The notes under the pieces were generated by a model. It saw nothing but the letters and a program-made list of their open reading frames with translations. It was not told the origin of the DNA and made no database searches. This document shows, in pieces, positions 27,148 to 36,476 of a stretch of 64,000 bases of DNA (its first letter is position 1; each line of letters opens with the position of its first letter). The translations under genes were made by a program, and so were the position numbers. This DNA is from Hyphomicrobiales bacterium (lineage in GTDB: Bacteria; Pseudomonadota; Alphaproteobacteria; Rhizobiales; Aestuariivirgaceae): positions 70,351-134,350 of the forward strand of contig JANYLQ010000050.1 of assembly GCA_025363755.1 (NCBI GenBank), read 5' to 3'.

Positions 27148-28104
27148 TTATCTCCGACGCCTTTCTTCACGCGCCTTGCGCCGGGCTTCGATATCTTCAT
27201 TTGACGATTGCAATCCTGCCGCTTGTGCCGATGCCGACGGACCGCTGGTCATTTCGCGGAAGCGGTTTGTCCAGTATTTGCAATGCGCATCTGTGCCGTT
27301 GAGAACATTGGCACCATAAATGGCATGCATGTCTTCATCATGCAGCGGGTTCATGATCGCTGATGTCATGCCGTGCGATGCGGCCATGGCGAGGAAATAG
27401 CCTGTGAGCGCGCGGCGGTTGGGCATGCCAAAGGAAATGTTGGATGCGCCGCATGTGGTGTTGACCTTCAACTCTTCACGCAAGCGCCGCACGAGACGGA
27501 ACACTTGTTGGCCAGCCGTACCCATGGCACCAATCGGCATGACCAATGGATCAACCACAATGTCCCATGGCTTAATCCCAAAATCAGCAGCGCGGTTCAC
27601 AATCTTACGCGCCACTTCAAAGCGCACATCTGGATCTTCGCTGATGCCTGTTTCGTCATTCGAGATAGCAACGACTGGAACATTATATTTCGCCACCAAT
27701 GGCAAAATTGCTTCGAGCTTTTCCTCTTCGCCTGTGACAGAGTTCACCAACGGACGGCCACGGGCTGTTTCAAGGCCAGCTTTCAACGCAGACGTAACCG
27801 AGCTGTCAATGCAGAGCGGAATATCAGTCATCGACTGAACAATCTCTAGTGTTTGGCGCATCAATGGCGGCTCGGTTTCATTTGGGTTGACTGCGGTCAC
27901 ACCAGCATTCACGTCCAAGATATGCGCACCTGCAGCAACCTGCGCTAACACATCTTTGATGACTGTTTCAAAATTGCCGGCTTGCATTTCGGCGGCCAGC
28001 TTTTTGCGGCCGGTTGGGTTGATGCGCTCGCCGATCACCGTGAACGGCTTGTCAAAGCCGATGATGTGTTCGCGCGTGGCTGAGGCTACGAGAGTATGCG
28101 TCAT
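27148..28104 (-). CDS. methyltetrahydrofolate:corrinoid methyltransferase (pterin-binding module)
   Basis: 318 aa. VIGERINPTGRKKL, ILDVNAG and ASNISFGMPNR are hallmarks of the MetH pterin-binding / MtrH-like barrel. Confidence 0.85.
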   Translation of the reverse strand: MTHTLVASATREHIIGFDKPFTVIGERINPTGRKKLAAEMQAGNFETVIKDVLAQVAAGAHILDVNAGVTAVNPNETEPPLMRQTLEIVQSMTDIPLCIDSSVTSALKAGLETARGRPLVNSVTGEEEKLEAILPLVAKYNVPVVAISNDETGISEDPDVRFEVARKIVNRAADFGIKPWDIVVDPLVMPIGAMGTAGQQVFRLVRRLREELKVNTTCGASNISFGMPNRRALTGYFLAMAASHGMTSAIMNPLHDEDMHAIYGANVLNGTDAHCKYWTNRFREMTSGPSASAQAAGLQSSNEDIEARRKAREERRRR

Positions 28105-28403
28105 GAGATGGTACGGCCTCCATTGCCGATCATTTGTTTAATGAGGTCGTGGGTATAATGCGATTCGAGATCAGTTTTGGCTTTTTCGACTTCAGCGGAC
28201 ATATCATCTCCAACAACCACAGGCTCGCTGCGCCGCCAGTCGGCCAAATATGAATCCGTGTCAGTCGCCCCATCGCGCATGGCGGCCATATCAATGGCTT
28301 CCATGAAGCGATTATCCAACATGCGTTTTTCCTCTTTGCGCCCGATTTTAACGGAAACGGCGGACGGAATATCGCGCCAATAAGTGATGATGAGATTAGC
28401 CAT
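28101..28403 (-). CDS. small conserved protein ('virulence factor' domain-like)
   Basis: 100 aa. ITYWRDIPSAVSVK N-terminus recalled from that small family. ATGA overlap with the downstream pterin-module gene. Confidence 0.45.
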   Translation of the reverse strand: MANLIITYWRDIPSAVSVKIGRKEEKRMLDNRFMEAIDMAAMRDGATDTDSYLADWRRSEPVVVGDDMSAEVEKAKTDLESHYTHDLIKQMIGNGGRTIS

Positions 28404-28630
28404 ATGTTCGATATGCCTTGTTTCAAAAGCGGCAGATAGCGCGAAAACGACAGGGAGGGAAGTAAGTTCGCCGGAAGCTAGCGGATATAGGCAATCTTTT
28501 GAACTTCTAAAATCTGCTTCAAATTGTCTTCAATAAGTTACTCTAACAACGCAATTGTCTTGTCTCCCTTGGGGATCGATCTTACGACTGAATTCCAATT
28601 AAGATGGCCACTCAAATTGCGGAGTTTCAA

Positions 28631-29407
28631 ATGTCCAATTTCAAAAAAACGATTATCGCCTGTGCAGGGCTTTGGGCGATAACCAGCAGCTCAGCCTTGG
28701 CCGATCTAAAAATCGGCGTTGCCGCTGAGCCTTATCCGCCATTCACCAGCAAAGACACGACAGGTCAGTGGGTGGGTTGGGAAATTGATGTGGTGAACGC
28801 GGTTTGCGCCGCTGTTCACGAGAAATGCGAGATTGTTGAAACAGCTTGGGACGGGATTATTCCGGCGCTTAACGCCAACAAGATCGATGTGATTGCGGCA
28901 TCCATGGCAATTACGCCAAAGCGCAAAGAGGTCATTGATTTCTCCGCCCCCTATTATCAGTCAGCTGCTGTGATGATAGGTGCAAAAGACGGTGATATGG
29001 ATGTGACACCCGCCCATCTGGCCGGAAAAACCATTGGCGTGCAAGTTTCGACAATTCATGCGGCTTATCTTGAAAAATACTTCGCCAAGACATCAACAAT
29101 AAAAACTTATCAAACCCAAGACGAAGCCAATCAAGATTTAAGCGCTGGCCGTATCGACTATATATTGGCCAACGGGTTGGCGCTCGACGCTTTCTTGAAA
29201 TCCACTGCTGATATCTTGGAAAGCAAAACTGCTGTGCCTTATGATGCAGATGTATTTGGGCTCGGGGTTGGCTTTGGTTTGCGCAAAGATGAGGCAGAAC
29301 TGAAAACAAAGCTGAGTGCCGCAATAGGGTCGCTTGTAAAAGATGGAACCCTCGAAAAAATTTCGGCCAAGTTCGGAATTTCAGGTAAAATCGAACTGCC
29401 GAAGTAA
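28631..29407 (+). CDS. ABC transporter substrate-binding protein, family 3 (polar amino acid type)
   Basis: Signal peptide MSNFKKTIIACAGLWAITSSSALA, then a typical HisJ/ArgT-like fold. No permease or ATPase gene adjacent. Confidence 0.85.
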   Translation: MSNFKKTIIACAGLWAITSSSALADLKIGVAAEPYPPFTSKDTTGQWVGWEIDVVNAVCAAVHEKCEIVETAWDGIIPALNANKIDVIAASMAITPKRKEVIDFSAPYYQSAAVMIGAKDGDMDVTPAHLAGKTIGVQVSTIHAAYLEKYFAKTSTIKTYQTQDEANQDLSAGRIDYILANGLALDAFLKSTADILESKTAVPYDADVFGLGVGFGLRKDEAELKTKLSAAIGSLVKDGTLEKISAKFGISGKIELPK

Positions 29408-29453
29408 TTCCAGACTAAAGTTTGATTAGTTTCAGTTGATCTTTTTTTGCTTC

Positions 29454-29526
29454 GTCATGCCCGCGAAAGCGGGCATCTGCGTTTGCTGTTAAGCTAAACA
29501 GAGATTCCCGCCTTCGCGGGAATGAC
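29454..29526. repeat. inverted pair of REP-like hairpins (GTCATGCCCGCGAAAGCGGGCAT unit)
   Basis: gtcatgcccgcgaaagcgggcatc and the inverted copy gattcccgccttcgcgggaatgac. Same family as 19119..19205. Confidence 0.65.
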
Positions 29527-29567
29527 ATGTTAGTAGAGAGGGGTTTTCTTTAAAATGACCGCGCTCA

Positions 29568-29885
29568 CTACCTTACCATCGGTACAGCGGCTTCCTTACC
29601 CTTCACTTCAACGCCTTTCCAAAATGCCACATAGTTCTTAATGGCGGCGGCTGCCGCCATCGGCTCGCGGTAAATCCAAGCGGCTCCTGCATTGGTTTTG
29701 CCATCAACCTCCACATCAAAATACGAGGCCGTGCCTTTCCAAGAGCACAGGCTGGTGTTGGCGTTGGTTTTGAAAAATTTCATGGCAACCGCATCTTGCG
29801 GGAAGTAGGCGTTGCCTTCAACTTGGATGCAGTGATCACTGGCCGCGATAATTTGACCATTCCAGCTGGCAGTGGTTTTAGGCAT
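29568..29885 (-). CDS. DUF427 domain protein
   Basis: 105 aa. IQVEGNAYFPQDAV and SWKGTASYFDV are motifs of DUF427. Confidence 0.7.
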   Translation of the reverse strand: MPKTTASWNGQIIAASDHCIQVEGNAYFPQDAVAMKFFKTNANTSLCSWKGTASYFDVEVDGKTNAGAAWIYREPMAAAAAIKNYVAFWKGVEVKGKEAAVPMVR

Positions 29886-30028
29886 GTTGAACTCCTGTTT
29901 TTAATTATTCCACATTCTATCATCAATTTTAAACCAACGAAATTGTGATCTCAGCCCCATTTAACTTCAATGCGTTCTGGACTTCGATGGTCTATGCTAC
30001 GGATATAACAGTTGATAGGATTTACCCC

Positions 30029-30418
30029 ATGCCAACACGCCGCAACATTATAACACTCGCCGCAGTCGGCGTCGCCATGCCATCAGCATTTGCTCGCGCC
30101 GCTGTAACAGAATTTACAATGGAAGCTTTCAAAGCCGCGCAAAAAGCTGGAAAGCCGATCCTTGTGGATGTCTGGGCGTCATGGTGCCCGACATGCAAGG
30201 CACAGGGGCCGATTTTGAAGACCCTGCTGGCCGACCCCAAGAACAAGGACATGGTGATGTTCCGCGTTAACTTTGATACGCAACTTGATGTTTTAAAAGC
30301 GTTAAATGTTCAGTCGCAAAGCACATTGATTGTTTTCAAAGGGGCTAAAGAGACCGGTCGCTCGGTGGGCGATACCGTATCTGGTTCAATCGGCGCGTTG
30401 CTCGCAACGGCGATCTAA
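30029..30418 (+). CDS. exported thioredoxin-like protein
   Basis: Internal ATG gives MPTRRNIITLAAVGVAMPSAFARA, a twin-arginine-like signal. WCPTC active site. Confidence 0.8.
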   Translation: MPTRRNIITLAAVGVAMPSAFARAAVTEFTMEAFKAAQKAGKPILVDVWASWCPTCKAQGPILKTLLADPKNKDMVMFRVNFDTQLDVLKALNVQSQSTLIVFKGAKETGRSVGDTVSGSIGALLATAI

Positions 30419-30427
30419 AAGCGCTTC

Positions 30428-31138
30428 ATGTTCCTAAATCTCTTTTTTGCCTTCGCGGCGGGAAGCCTATCCATATTGTCGCCCTGCGTCTTGCCGCTGG
30501 TTCCCGTTGTGCTCGGCACGGCGGCCTCAAAGGGCCGCTACGGGCCAATACTTCTTGCAGCTGGATTGGTGTTATCTTTCGTCGTGATCGGCATGTTTGT
30601 GAGTTTGGTTGGATTCTCAATTGGATTGGATGGCAAATTCTTTCGTTTGGTCGCAGCAGTGATGTTGATTGCGATCGGCTTGCTGCTGGCAGTCCCGTAT
30701 CTGCAACGTCAATTTGCGGTGGCATCAGGGCCAGTGGGCAATTGGGTTGATCGGCGCTTTGGCGGCGGCGAGGCAGGTGGTCAATTCGGGATTGGTTTAT
30801 TGCTTGGCGCTGTTTGGAGCCCTTGCGTTGGACCCACTTTAGGAGCGGCGTCATTGCTAGCCGCCCAAGGCCAAAATCTGGCGCAAGTGGCCATTACCAT
30901 GATGAGCTTTGGCCTTGGCGTCGCTGTGCCGCTAGTTATCATTGGCATGATGTCGCGCGAACTTCTTATGCGCTGGCGCGGACGGATGCTGTCGTCGGGC
31001 CTTGTGGTGAGATCGGTGTTGGGCGGGTTATTTGTATTTACCGGAGTGATGATCATCACAGGCCAAGATAAGTTTTTGGAGGCGGCATTGGTCGACGCTT
31101 CACCTGAATGGTTGACGACACTGACGACGCGGTTTTAA
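30428..31138 (+). CDS. CcdA/DsbD-family thiol:disulfide electron transporter
   Basis: 236 aa, 6 TM. LSPCVLPLVP and WSPCVGP motifs. Confidence 0.85.
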   Translation: MFLNLFFAFAAGSLSILSPCVLPLVPVVLGTAASKGRYGPILLAAGLVLSFVVIGMFVSLVGFSIGLDGKFFRLVAAVMLIAIGLLLAVPYLQRQFAVASGPVGNWVDRRFGGGEAGGQFGIGLLLGAVWSPCVGPTLGAASLLAAQGQNLAQVAITMMSFGLGVAVPLVIIGMMSRELLMRWRGRMLSSGLVVRSVLGGLFVFTGVMIITGQDKFLEAALVDASPEWLTTLTTRF

Positions 31139-31425
31139 CTTTTGCTATCTATTTTCTTTGCAGGCTCTACCGGTGCACGCTTCTTTGCAAAATAGTCCCA
31201 AACATAAAGCAGCGCGACTGCGCCAATAACCGAACCAAAGAACCCAGCATTTTCGCCCGGCTGATAAAAGCCAAAAAATTGGCCCAGAAATGTGCCGGCA
31301 AATGAACCAGCCAAGCCGATCAGTGCCGTAAGCACAAATCCGCGTGGGCTATTTTTACCGTGCATCCAAAATCGGGCGATGATGCCAACAACAAACCCAA
31401 TGATCAGAGTTGATAACAAACTCAT
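31135..31425 (-). CDS. GlsB/YeaQ/YmgE family small membrane protein
   Basis: 96 aa, three glycine-rich TM helices (IIGFVVGIIARFW...). Confidence 0.8.
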   Translation of the reverse strand: MSLLSTLIIGFVVGIIARFWMHGKNSPRGFVLTALIGLAGSFAGTFLGQFFGFYQPGENAGFFGSVIGAVALLYVWDYFAKKRAPVEPAKKIDSKS

Positions 31426-31449
31426 TGCCTATGCCTCCGCGTTAGTCTC

Positions 31450-32454
31450 TTAGGCGCCAAAGAATGTGCGCGATAATATGCCGATGATTTGGGAAAATGA
31501 ACGCACCAACTCGATGGGCACATTTTGCCCAGTCAACGTGCCAGTTGCATTAATCTCACTCGCCACCTTATCCATTTTGCCATCAACTTCGGTGTCTACA
31601 AAGTTACTCTCTTTCATGATGATCTGGCCCGAAATGCCGTCAGCGACTGCAAACAAATCATTATCACCTGTAGGTTTGGCAAACACGCCTTCATCTGTTG
31701 AGGCCTCAGCCGAGGGCAGGGTGAGTGTCAAATCATATTGGTGTTGGCTGCCAACATTGGGCGTTTCTGTGAATGGCATATTACCTTTCATCACAAAACT
31801 TTTGGTATCACATTTTGCAGTTATATTCATGAACCACGATTGTGTTTGGTACGTGTAAAGCATGTCACCGTTCCATGTGCAGCCCTTGTCTGAAGGCAGA
31901 CCTGCGGACGGTGTGGTGAAGTTGTTAAAAGAAATTGTATCGACGCGCTTATCAATCATCCCAGTTTGGGTTTTTGAGAAATTTTTCATCAACACGTCGC
32001 GCAATGCGCTCGCACCCGTGCTGATCTTCTCAGGTTTCAACATAATGTTGCCGCCAAAAGATCCAGTCGATGCAGGAACCTTGCCGAGGGTGAGATAGTT
32101 TGTCGAAATGCCAGCTCCATCGGCAAAGCCATTCTGTTGCACATCTAGCCCACCGGCATATTGCGCCCGTTGCAGCTTCTGGCCATTTGACGGGTTGATC
32201 AACGCGCCCGTTCCTGTCACGGAACATGATTGATTTTGCCGTGTGATGAAGCCTGCTTGCGCACTTTTGCATTCGACCCGCAAATTTGTTTCAACTTGTT
32301 TATCAGTCAAACTGACAACAAAACTGTCTGGTTGTGTTTTGTCAGCTAGTGAAGGCTGGGAGGCTTTGACCGAAAAATTGACAGTTTCAGCTGCCATAGC
32401 AAAACTTGGAACTGTAAAAACCAAAGACGCGAGTAACAGATAGTTTGCCTTCAT
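31450..32454 (-). CDS. secreted hypothetical protein
   Basis: Clear signal peptide MKANYLLLASLVFTVPSFAMA. 334 aa, four cysteines, no motif I recognise. Confidence 0.65.
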   Translation of the reverse strand: MKANYLLLASLVFTVPSFAMAAETVNFSVKASQPSLADKTQPDSFVVSLTDKQVETNLRVECKSAQAGFITRQNQSCSVTGTGALINPSNGQKLQRAQYAGGLDVQQNGFADGAGISTNYLTLGKVPASTGSFGGNIMLKPEKISTGASALRDVLMKNFSKTQTGMIDKRVDTISFNNFTTPSAGLPSDKGCTWNGDMLYTYQTQSWFMNITAKCDTKSFVMKGNMPFTETPNVGSQHQYDLTLTLPSAEASTDEGVFAKPTGDNDLFAVADGISGQIIMKESNFVDTEVDGKMDKVASEINATGTLTGQNVPIELVRSFSQIIGILSRTFFGA

Positions 32455-32595
32455 GACGATAACTCCCCAGAATCAAAATTGGTCAAGCGGAACTATGAAC
32501 AAAGCAGTGTTAAGAAATGTTAACGACTTTAGAGAACAGAATACGTTATTTCTTATATGTTTAACAGAGAAAGTTGCTTGAGGCTTTGGTCTTAT

Positions 32596-33804
32596 TTAGG
32601 CAACTGTTCCGTGCGCATGCAGTGCGGCAATTTCCTGAGCATTCATCCCCAGAACCCGTTCGAGAATTGCTGCAGTTGCGGCACCCAATTTGGGAGATGG
32701 TGTTGAATATTCAATCGGGGTCTGTGAAAAGACTATCGGATTTGCAACTCCGGGCACTTGTACGCCATCATCACGCGTTATGCCGATTTGCATCCCACGG
32801 GCCAGAACTTGTTCATTGGCAAACATCTGGTCGACGGTGTTAATCGGGCCGCAAGGAACGGCGGCGGCTTCGAAGGCTTCGACCCATTCTGCTGTTGTGC
32901 GCTTCTTCATCAGGGGGTTGAGCAGGGGAATGAGAGTGGTGCGATTTTCGACCCTCCCTCTATTCGTATCATAAGGCACTGCGGCCAGTTCCGGCGCACC
33001 AACGATCTTACAATATTCCGTATACTGACGATCATTACCCACCGCCATGATGATGTGACCGTCAGCGGTCTCAAATGTTTGATAGGGCACGATGTTGGGG
33101 TGCGCGTTGCCCAAGCGTTGTGGAACTTTGCCACCCACCAGATAATTCAGCGCTTGATTGGCCAGCACCGCGACCTGTGAATCGAGCAATGAGATATCAA
33201 TATATTGCCCTTGGCCCGTGCGCTCGCGGTGGAAGAGCGCAGCCTGAATGCCGATCATCGCATGCAGACCAGCGAAGATGTCGGAAAAGGCCACGCCCAT
33301 TTTCATCGGCTCACCATCAGGTTCTCCAGTGATTGACATGACACCAGACATGCCTTGGATCATGAAATCATAACCCGCACGATTTGCATAAGGCCCGGTC
33401 TGACCAAAGCCAGTGATCGAGCAATAGATCAGACGCGGATTAGCAGTTTTTAAGCTTTCATAATCAAGGCCATATTTCTTGAGGCCACCGACTTTGAAAT
33501 TCTCAATTAAAATATCAGATTTCGCCGCCAAGGCTTTGATAAGAATCGCACCTTCGGGCTTGGCCATATCAATACAAACCGATTGCTTGCCACGGTTGGT
33601 CGATTGAAAATAGGCGGCATCGCCATTCGAGCCATCGGCATTCTTAAGAAATGGTGGCCCCCAGCCCCGCGTATCATCACCTTCGCCAGGCTTTTCAATT
33701 TTGATCACTTCCGCACCAAAATCAGCCAGCATCTGCGTGGCCCATGGGCCAGCAAGAACGCGGGTGAGATCGAGAACACGAATGCCTTGAAGTGGGCCGC
33801 TCAT
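32596..33804 (-). CDS. family III (CaiB/BaiF) CoA-transferase
   Basis: Start at MSGPLQGIRVLDLTRVLAGPWATQMLADFGAEVIKIE, the canonical family N-terminus. Lies 4 nt after the phnY stop. Confidence 0.88.
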   Translation of the reverse strand: MSGPLQGIRVLDLTRVLAGPWATQMLADFGAEVIKIEKPGEGDDTRGWGPPFLKNADGSNGDAAYFQSTNRGKQSVCIDMAKPEGAILIKALAAKSDILIENFKVGGLKKYGLDYESLKTANPRLIYCSITGFGQTGPYANRAGYDFMIQGMSGVMSITGEPDGEPMKMGVAFSDIFAGLHAMIGIQAALFHRERTGQGQYIDISLLDSQVAVLANQALNYLVGGKVPQRLGNAHPNIVPYQTFETADGHIIMAVGNDRQYTEYCKIVGAPELAAVPYDTNRGRVENRTTLIPLLNPLMKKRTTAEWVEAFEAAAVPCGPINTVDQMFANEQVLARGMQIGITRDDGVQVPGVANPIVFSQTPIEYSTPSPKLGAATAAILERVLGMNAQEIAALHAHGTVA

Positions 33805-33808
33805 CGGT

Positions 33809-35248
33809 TCAAGGCCATGGCAGCGACCAGGTTTTGACATTGGTATAAAATTTCATCGCTTCAGCCACACCCTCTTTAATGCCGTTCCCTGAATCCTTTA
33901 TGCCACCAAACGGCGACATCTCTATCCGGTATCCCGGCACTTCCCAAATATTCACAGTGCCCACATTCAGGCCTTCAATGTATTTGGTGATGCGCTGCAA
34001 ATTATTGGTGCACACGCCTGAAGAAAGGCCAAATGGTGTAGAGTTTGAAACGCGGATCACTTCATTGTCATCCGCAGATACGCGAATGATCGGGATAACA
34101 GGGCCGAAAGTTTCCTCGTAAACCAATTCGGATTTTGGATCGACGAAATCGACTGTGATCGGAGGAAGCACGGCACCCTTTCGTTCTGGGTGATAAAGAA
34201 TCTTTGCCCCTTGTTTCGCTGCGGCCAGCACACGGTTTTCGAACATCTCGGCTGATCGCGCATTCACCACACACCCTAAATCCGTTTCGGGATTCATTGG
34301 ATCGCCAAACTTCAACCTTTTGGCTTTGGCCAAAACCTTTTCGACAAACGCGTCTGCCACTTTCGGCTGAACCAATATGCGCTTGACCGCCGTGCAACGC
34401 TGCCCCGAATTTTTGGTAGCACCAGCAACCGCGAGTTCTGCTGCCTTATCAAGCTCATCATCACTCAGATCATCAAGCACAATCAGCGGATCATTGCCGC
34501 CGAGTTCAAGCGCCGCGCGCGTGTAGCCAGCCTTGGAAGCAATTATTTTTCCAACACGGACACCGCCCGTGAATGTAATGATGTTGATGTCTTTATTCAT
34601 CACCATCTCATCGCCAATATCTTCTGGATTGCCAGTGACGATCTGGAACATCTCCGGCGGCAGGCCCGCTTCATAAAGAATATCAGCCAACATGATGGCA
34701 GTAAGCGGAGTGAGTTCGGTTGGCTTGCACACCACACAATTGTTGGTGGCAATCGCAGGTGCAACTTTATGCGACACCATGTTGAGCGGATGGTTGAAAG
34801 GTGTGATGGCACTGATCACGCCAACGGGTTCGCGCTTGGTAAAAATTTTACGCGACTTTCCCTGTGGTGTGAGATCGCACGAAAAAATCTGACCATCATC
34901 ATTGATCGCCAATTGGCCTGCCAATGAAAATACATCATAAGCGCGACCACATTCATAAGCTGAATCTTTCAATGAAAGGCCGAGCTCTAATGTGATGATA
35001 CGTGACAGTTCATCCTTTTTGGCGCGGATTAATTCGGCGGTGCGAAATAGAATCTGCTGGCGCTCATAGCGCGTTAGCTTTGGCTTGAAGGCGGCGGCAA
35101 TTGCAAAGGCTTGTGCTGCGTGTGCTGCTGTTCCGGCGGGCACAGTGCCAATCACTTCATTGGTGTATGGATAGCGTACTTCAATGCGCTTTTCGGTATC
35201 AACTTTTTTTCCGCCAATGCGCATGGTTTCGTGGATGACACTAAACAT
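33809..35248 (-). CDS. phnY: aldehyde dehydrogenase, phosphonoacetaldehyde dehydrogenase candidate
   Basis: ALDH motifs ELGGNDP and GQRCTAV. Sits directly after phnW-phnA. Start 35248 or 35224 is uncertain. Confidence 0.65.
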   Translation of the reverse strand: MFSVIHETMRIGGKKVDTEKRIEVRYPYTNEVIGTVPAGTAAHAAQAFAIAAAFKPKLTRYERQQILFRTAELIRAKKDELSRIITLELGLSLKDSAYECGRAYDVFSLAGQLAINDDGQIFSCDLTPQGKSRKIFTKREPVGVISAITPFNHPLNMVSHKVAPAIATNNCVVCKPTELTPLTAIMLADILYEAGLPPEMFQIVTGNPEDIGDEMVMNKDINIITFTGGVRVGKIIASKAGYTRAALELGGNDPLIVLDDLSDDELDKAAELAVAGATKNSGQRCTAVKRILVQPKVADAFVEKVLAKAKRLKFGDPMNPETDLGCVVNARSAEMFENRVLAAAKQGAKILYHPERKGAVLPPITVDFVDPKSELVYEETFGPVIPIIRVSADDNEVIRVSNSTPFGLSSGVCTNNLQRITKYIEGLNVGTVNIWEVPGYRIEMSPFGGIKDSGNGIKEGVAEAMKFYTNVKTWSLPWP

Positions 35249-36476
35249 GGTTGCACCCAATGAAAAACGCATCAAAATTGCGTAAATTATCTGGAAGATT
35301 ATGTGCTTTGCGATTGATGATGATGGGCACTTCTTGCTCTGATAATCCGCCATGTGATCGAAGCGGCGCATCGAGTCCTGAAAGATCATGCTTTGAAGCA
35401 GAGGTACCGATCACTTTCGTAAAAGTGGGGCCACCAGAAAGCACAATTAAATCACCTGTCCGATCTGGCGGAAGACCAAACTTGGCACAACCTTCAGCGT
35501 TGGAATAAACCACATCAATGCCTTCCAACTTTGAAATCACGCGCGCTACATCATCTGGCACCACTCCCTTCACATAAACGGTGGCATAAGATCCGAGTGC
35601 ACCGTGATGCACAACATAGGGATCAGTGATTGGCAAAATGACTTTGCTGGTGCCAACACCAAATGCAGCGTCCAAAACATCTTGCAGATAAACTACATCG
35701 GGTGAACCGTCGACCAAATGCTTATCTTTCATGCCATGGTCGGCGATGATCACCACAGTGGCACCAAGTGCATCAAGCGAGCCTAGGTAACCATCCATCA
35801 TCTTATAAAATGAATTCCCGCCAGCCGAACCCGGGGCATATTTATGCTGCACATAATCAGTGGTGGAGAGATACATCAAATCTGGCTTATCACGCGCCAT
35901 CAGTTTCACGCCCGCCGCAAACACAAATTCAGAAAGATCGGCAGAGTAGACTTCGGGCAGGGGTTTTCCCACAAATGTCAAAACATCAGCGATGCCATTA
36001 TCGGCCAATGTGGCCTGATCGGCTTTCTCCGATGAGAAAGCAACGGCTGTACCATCAAAAATCAAATCCTTGCCCAAGAGCAAGCGCAGCTTATCCTTAG
36101 CCGTCACCACGCAGACTTTAGCACCTGCCTTTTGGAATGCAGAAAATATGGTTGGCGCACGCAACCATTTTGGATCATTCATCATCGTCTCGAGACCAGT
36201 GGCAGGATCGATGAGATAGTTGCCGCAAATGCCGTGAACTGCTGGCGGCTGGCCGGTGACGATGGACATATTATTAGGATTGGTAAAACTTGGGATCACG
36301 CATAGCCCGCGCAAATTCTCACCCTTGGCAATCATCGCCTTCATGTTCGGCATCAGACCTTCCGCCATGGCAATTTCCATGTAAGCGGGTTCGCTGCCAT
36401 CACAGCAGATCACCACCAATGGCGCCTTGGGCCAATGGTAAACGCGACCGTTCACTTCAACTGTTTTATCCATCAT
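35241..36476 (-). CDS. phnA: phosphonoacetate hydrolase (alkaline-phosphatase superfamily)
   Basis: 411 aa. [13 protein letters not shown] and PSFTNPNN metal/nucleophile motifs. Size and context fit. Confidence 0.78.
   Translation of the reverse strand: MMDKTVEVNGRVYHWPKAPLVVICCDGSEPAYMEIAMAEGLMPNMKAMIAKGENLRGLCVIPSFTNPNNMSIVTGQPPAVHGICGNYLIDPATGLETMMNDPKWLRAPTIFSAFQKAGAKVCVVTAKDKLRLLLGKDLIFDGTAVAFSSEKADQATLADNGIADVLTFVGKPLPEVYSADLSEFVFAAGVKLMARDKPDLMYLSTTDYVQHKYAPGSAGGNSFYKMMDGYLGSLDALGATVVIIADHGMKDKHLVDGSPDVVYLQDVLDAAFGVGTSKVILPITDPYVVHHGALGSYATVYVKGVVPDDVARVISKLEGIDVVYSNAEGCAKFGLPPDRTGDLIVLSGGPTFTKVIGTSASKHDLSGLDAPLRSHGGLSEQEVPIIINRKAHNLPDNLRNFDAFFIGCNHV

Noticed and set aside
33809-35389. 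47-codon N-terminal extension of the aldehyde dehydrogenase ORF ([17 protein letters not shown]...), and similar extensions of thiB (to 43641), surA (to 56995), the CoA-transferase (to 33840) and the OYE gene (from 60824).
   Set aside because: The extensions overlap upstream genes or regulatory RNA (the TPP riboswitch in the thiB case). They precede obvious signal peptides or conserved N-termini, so internal starts were chosen.
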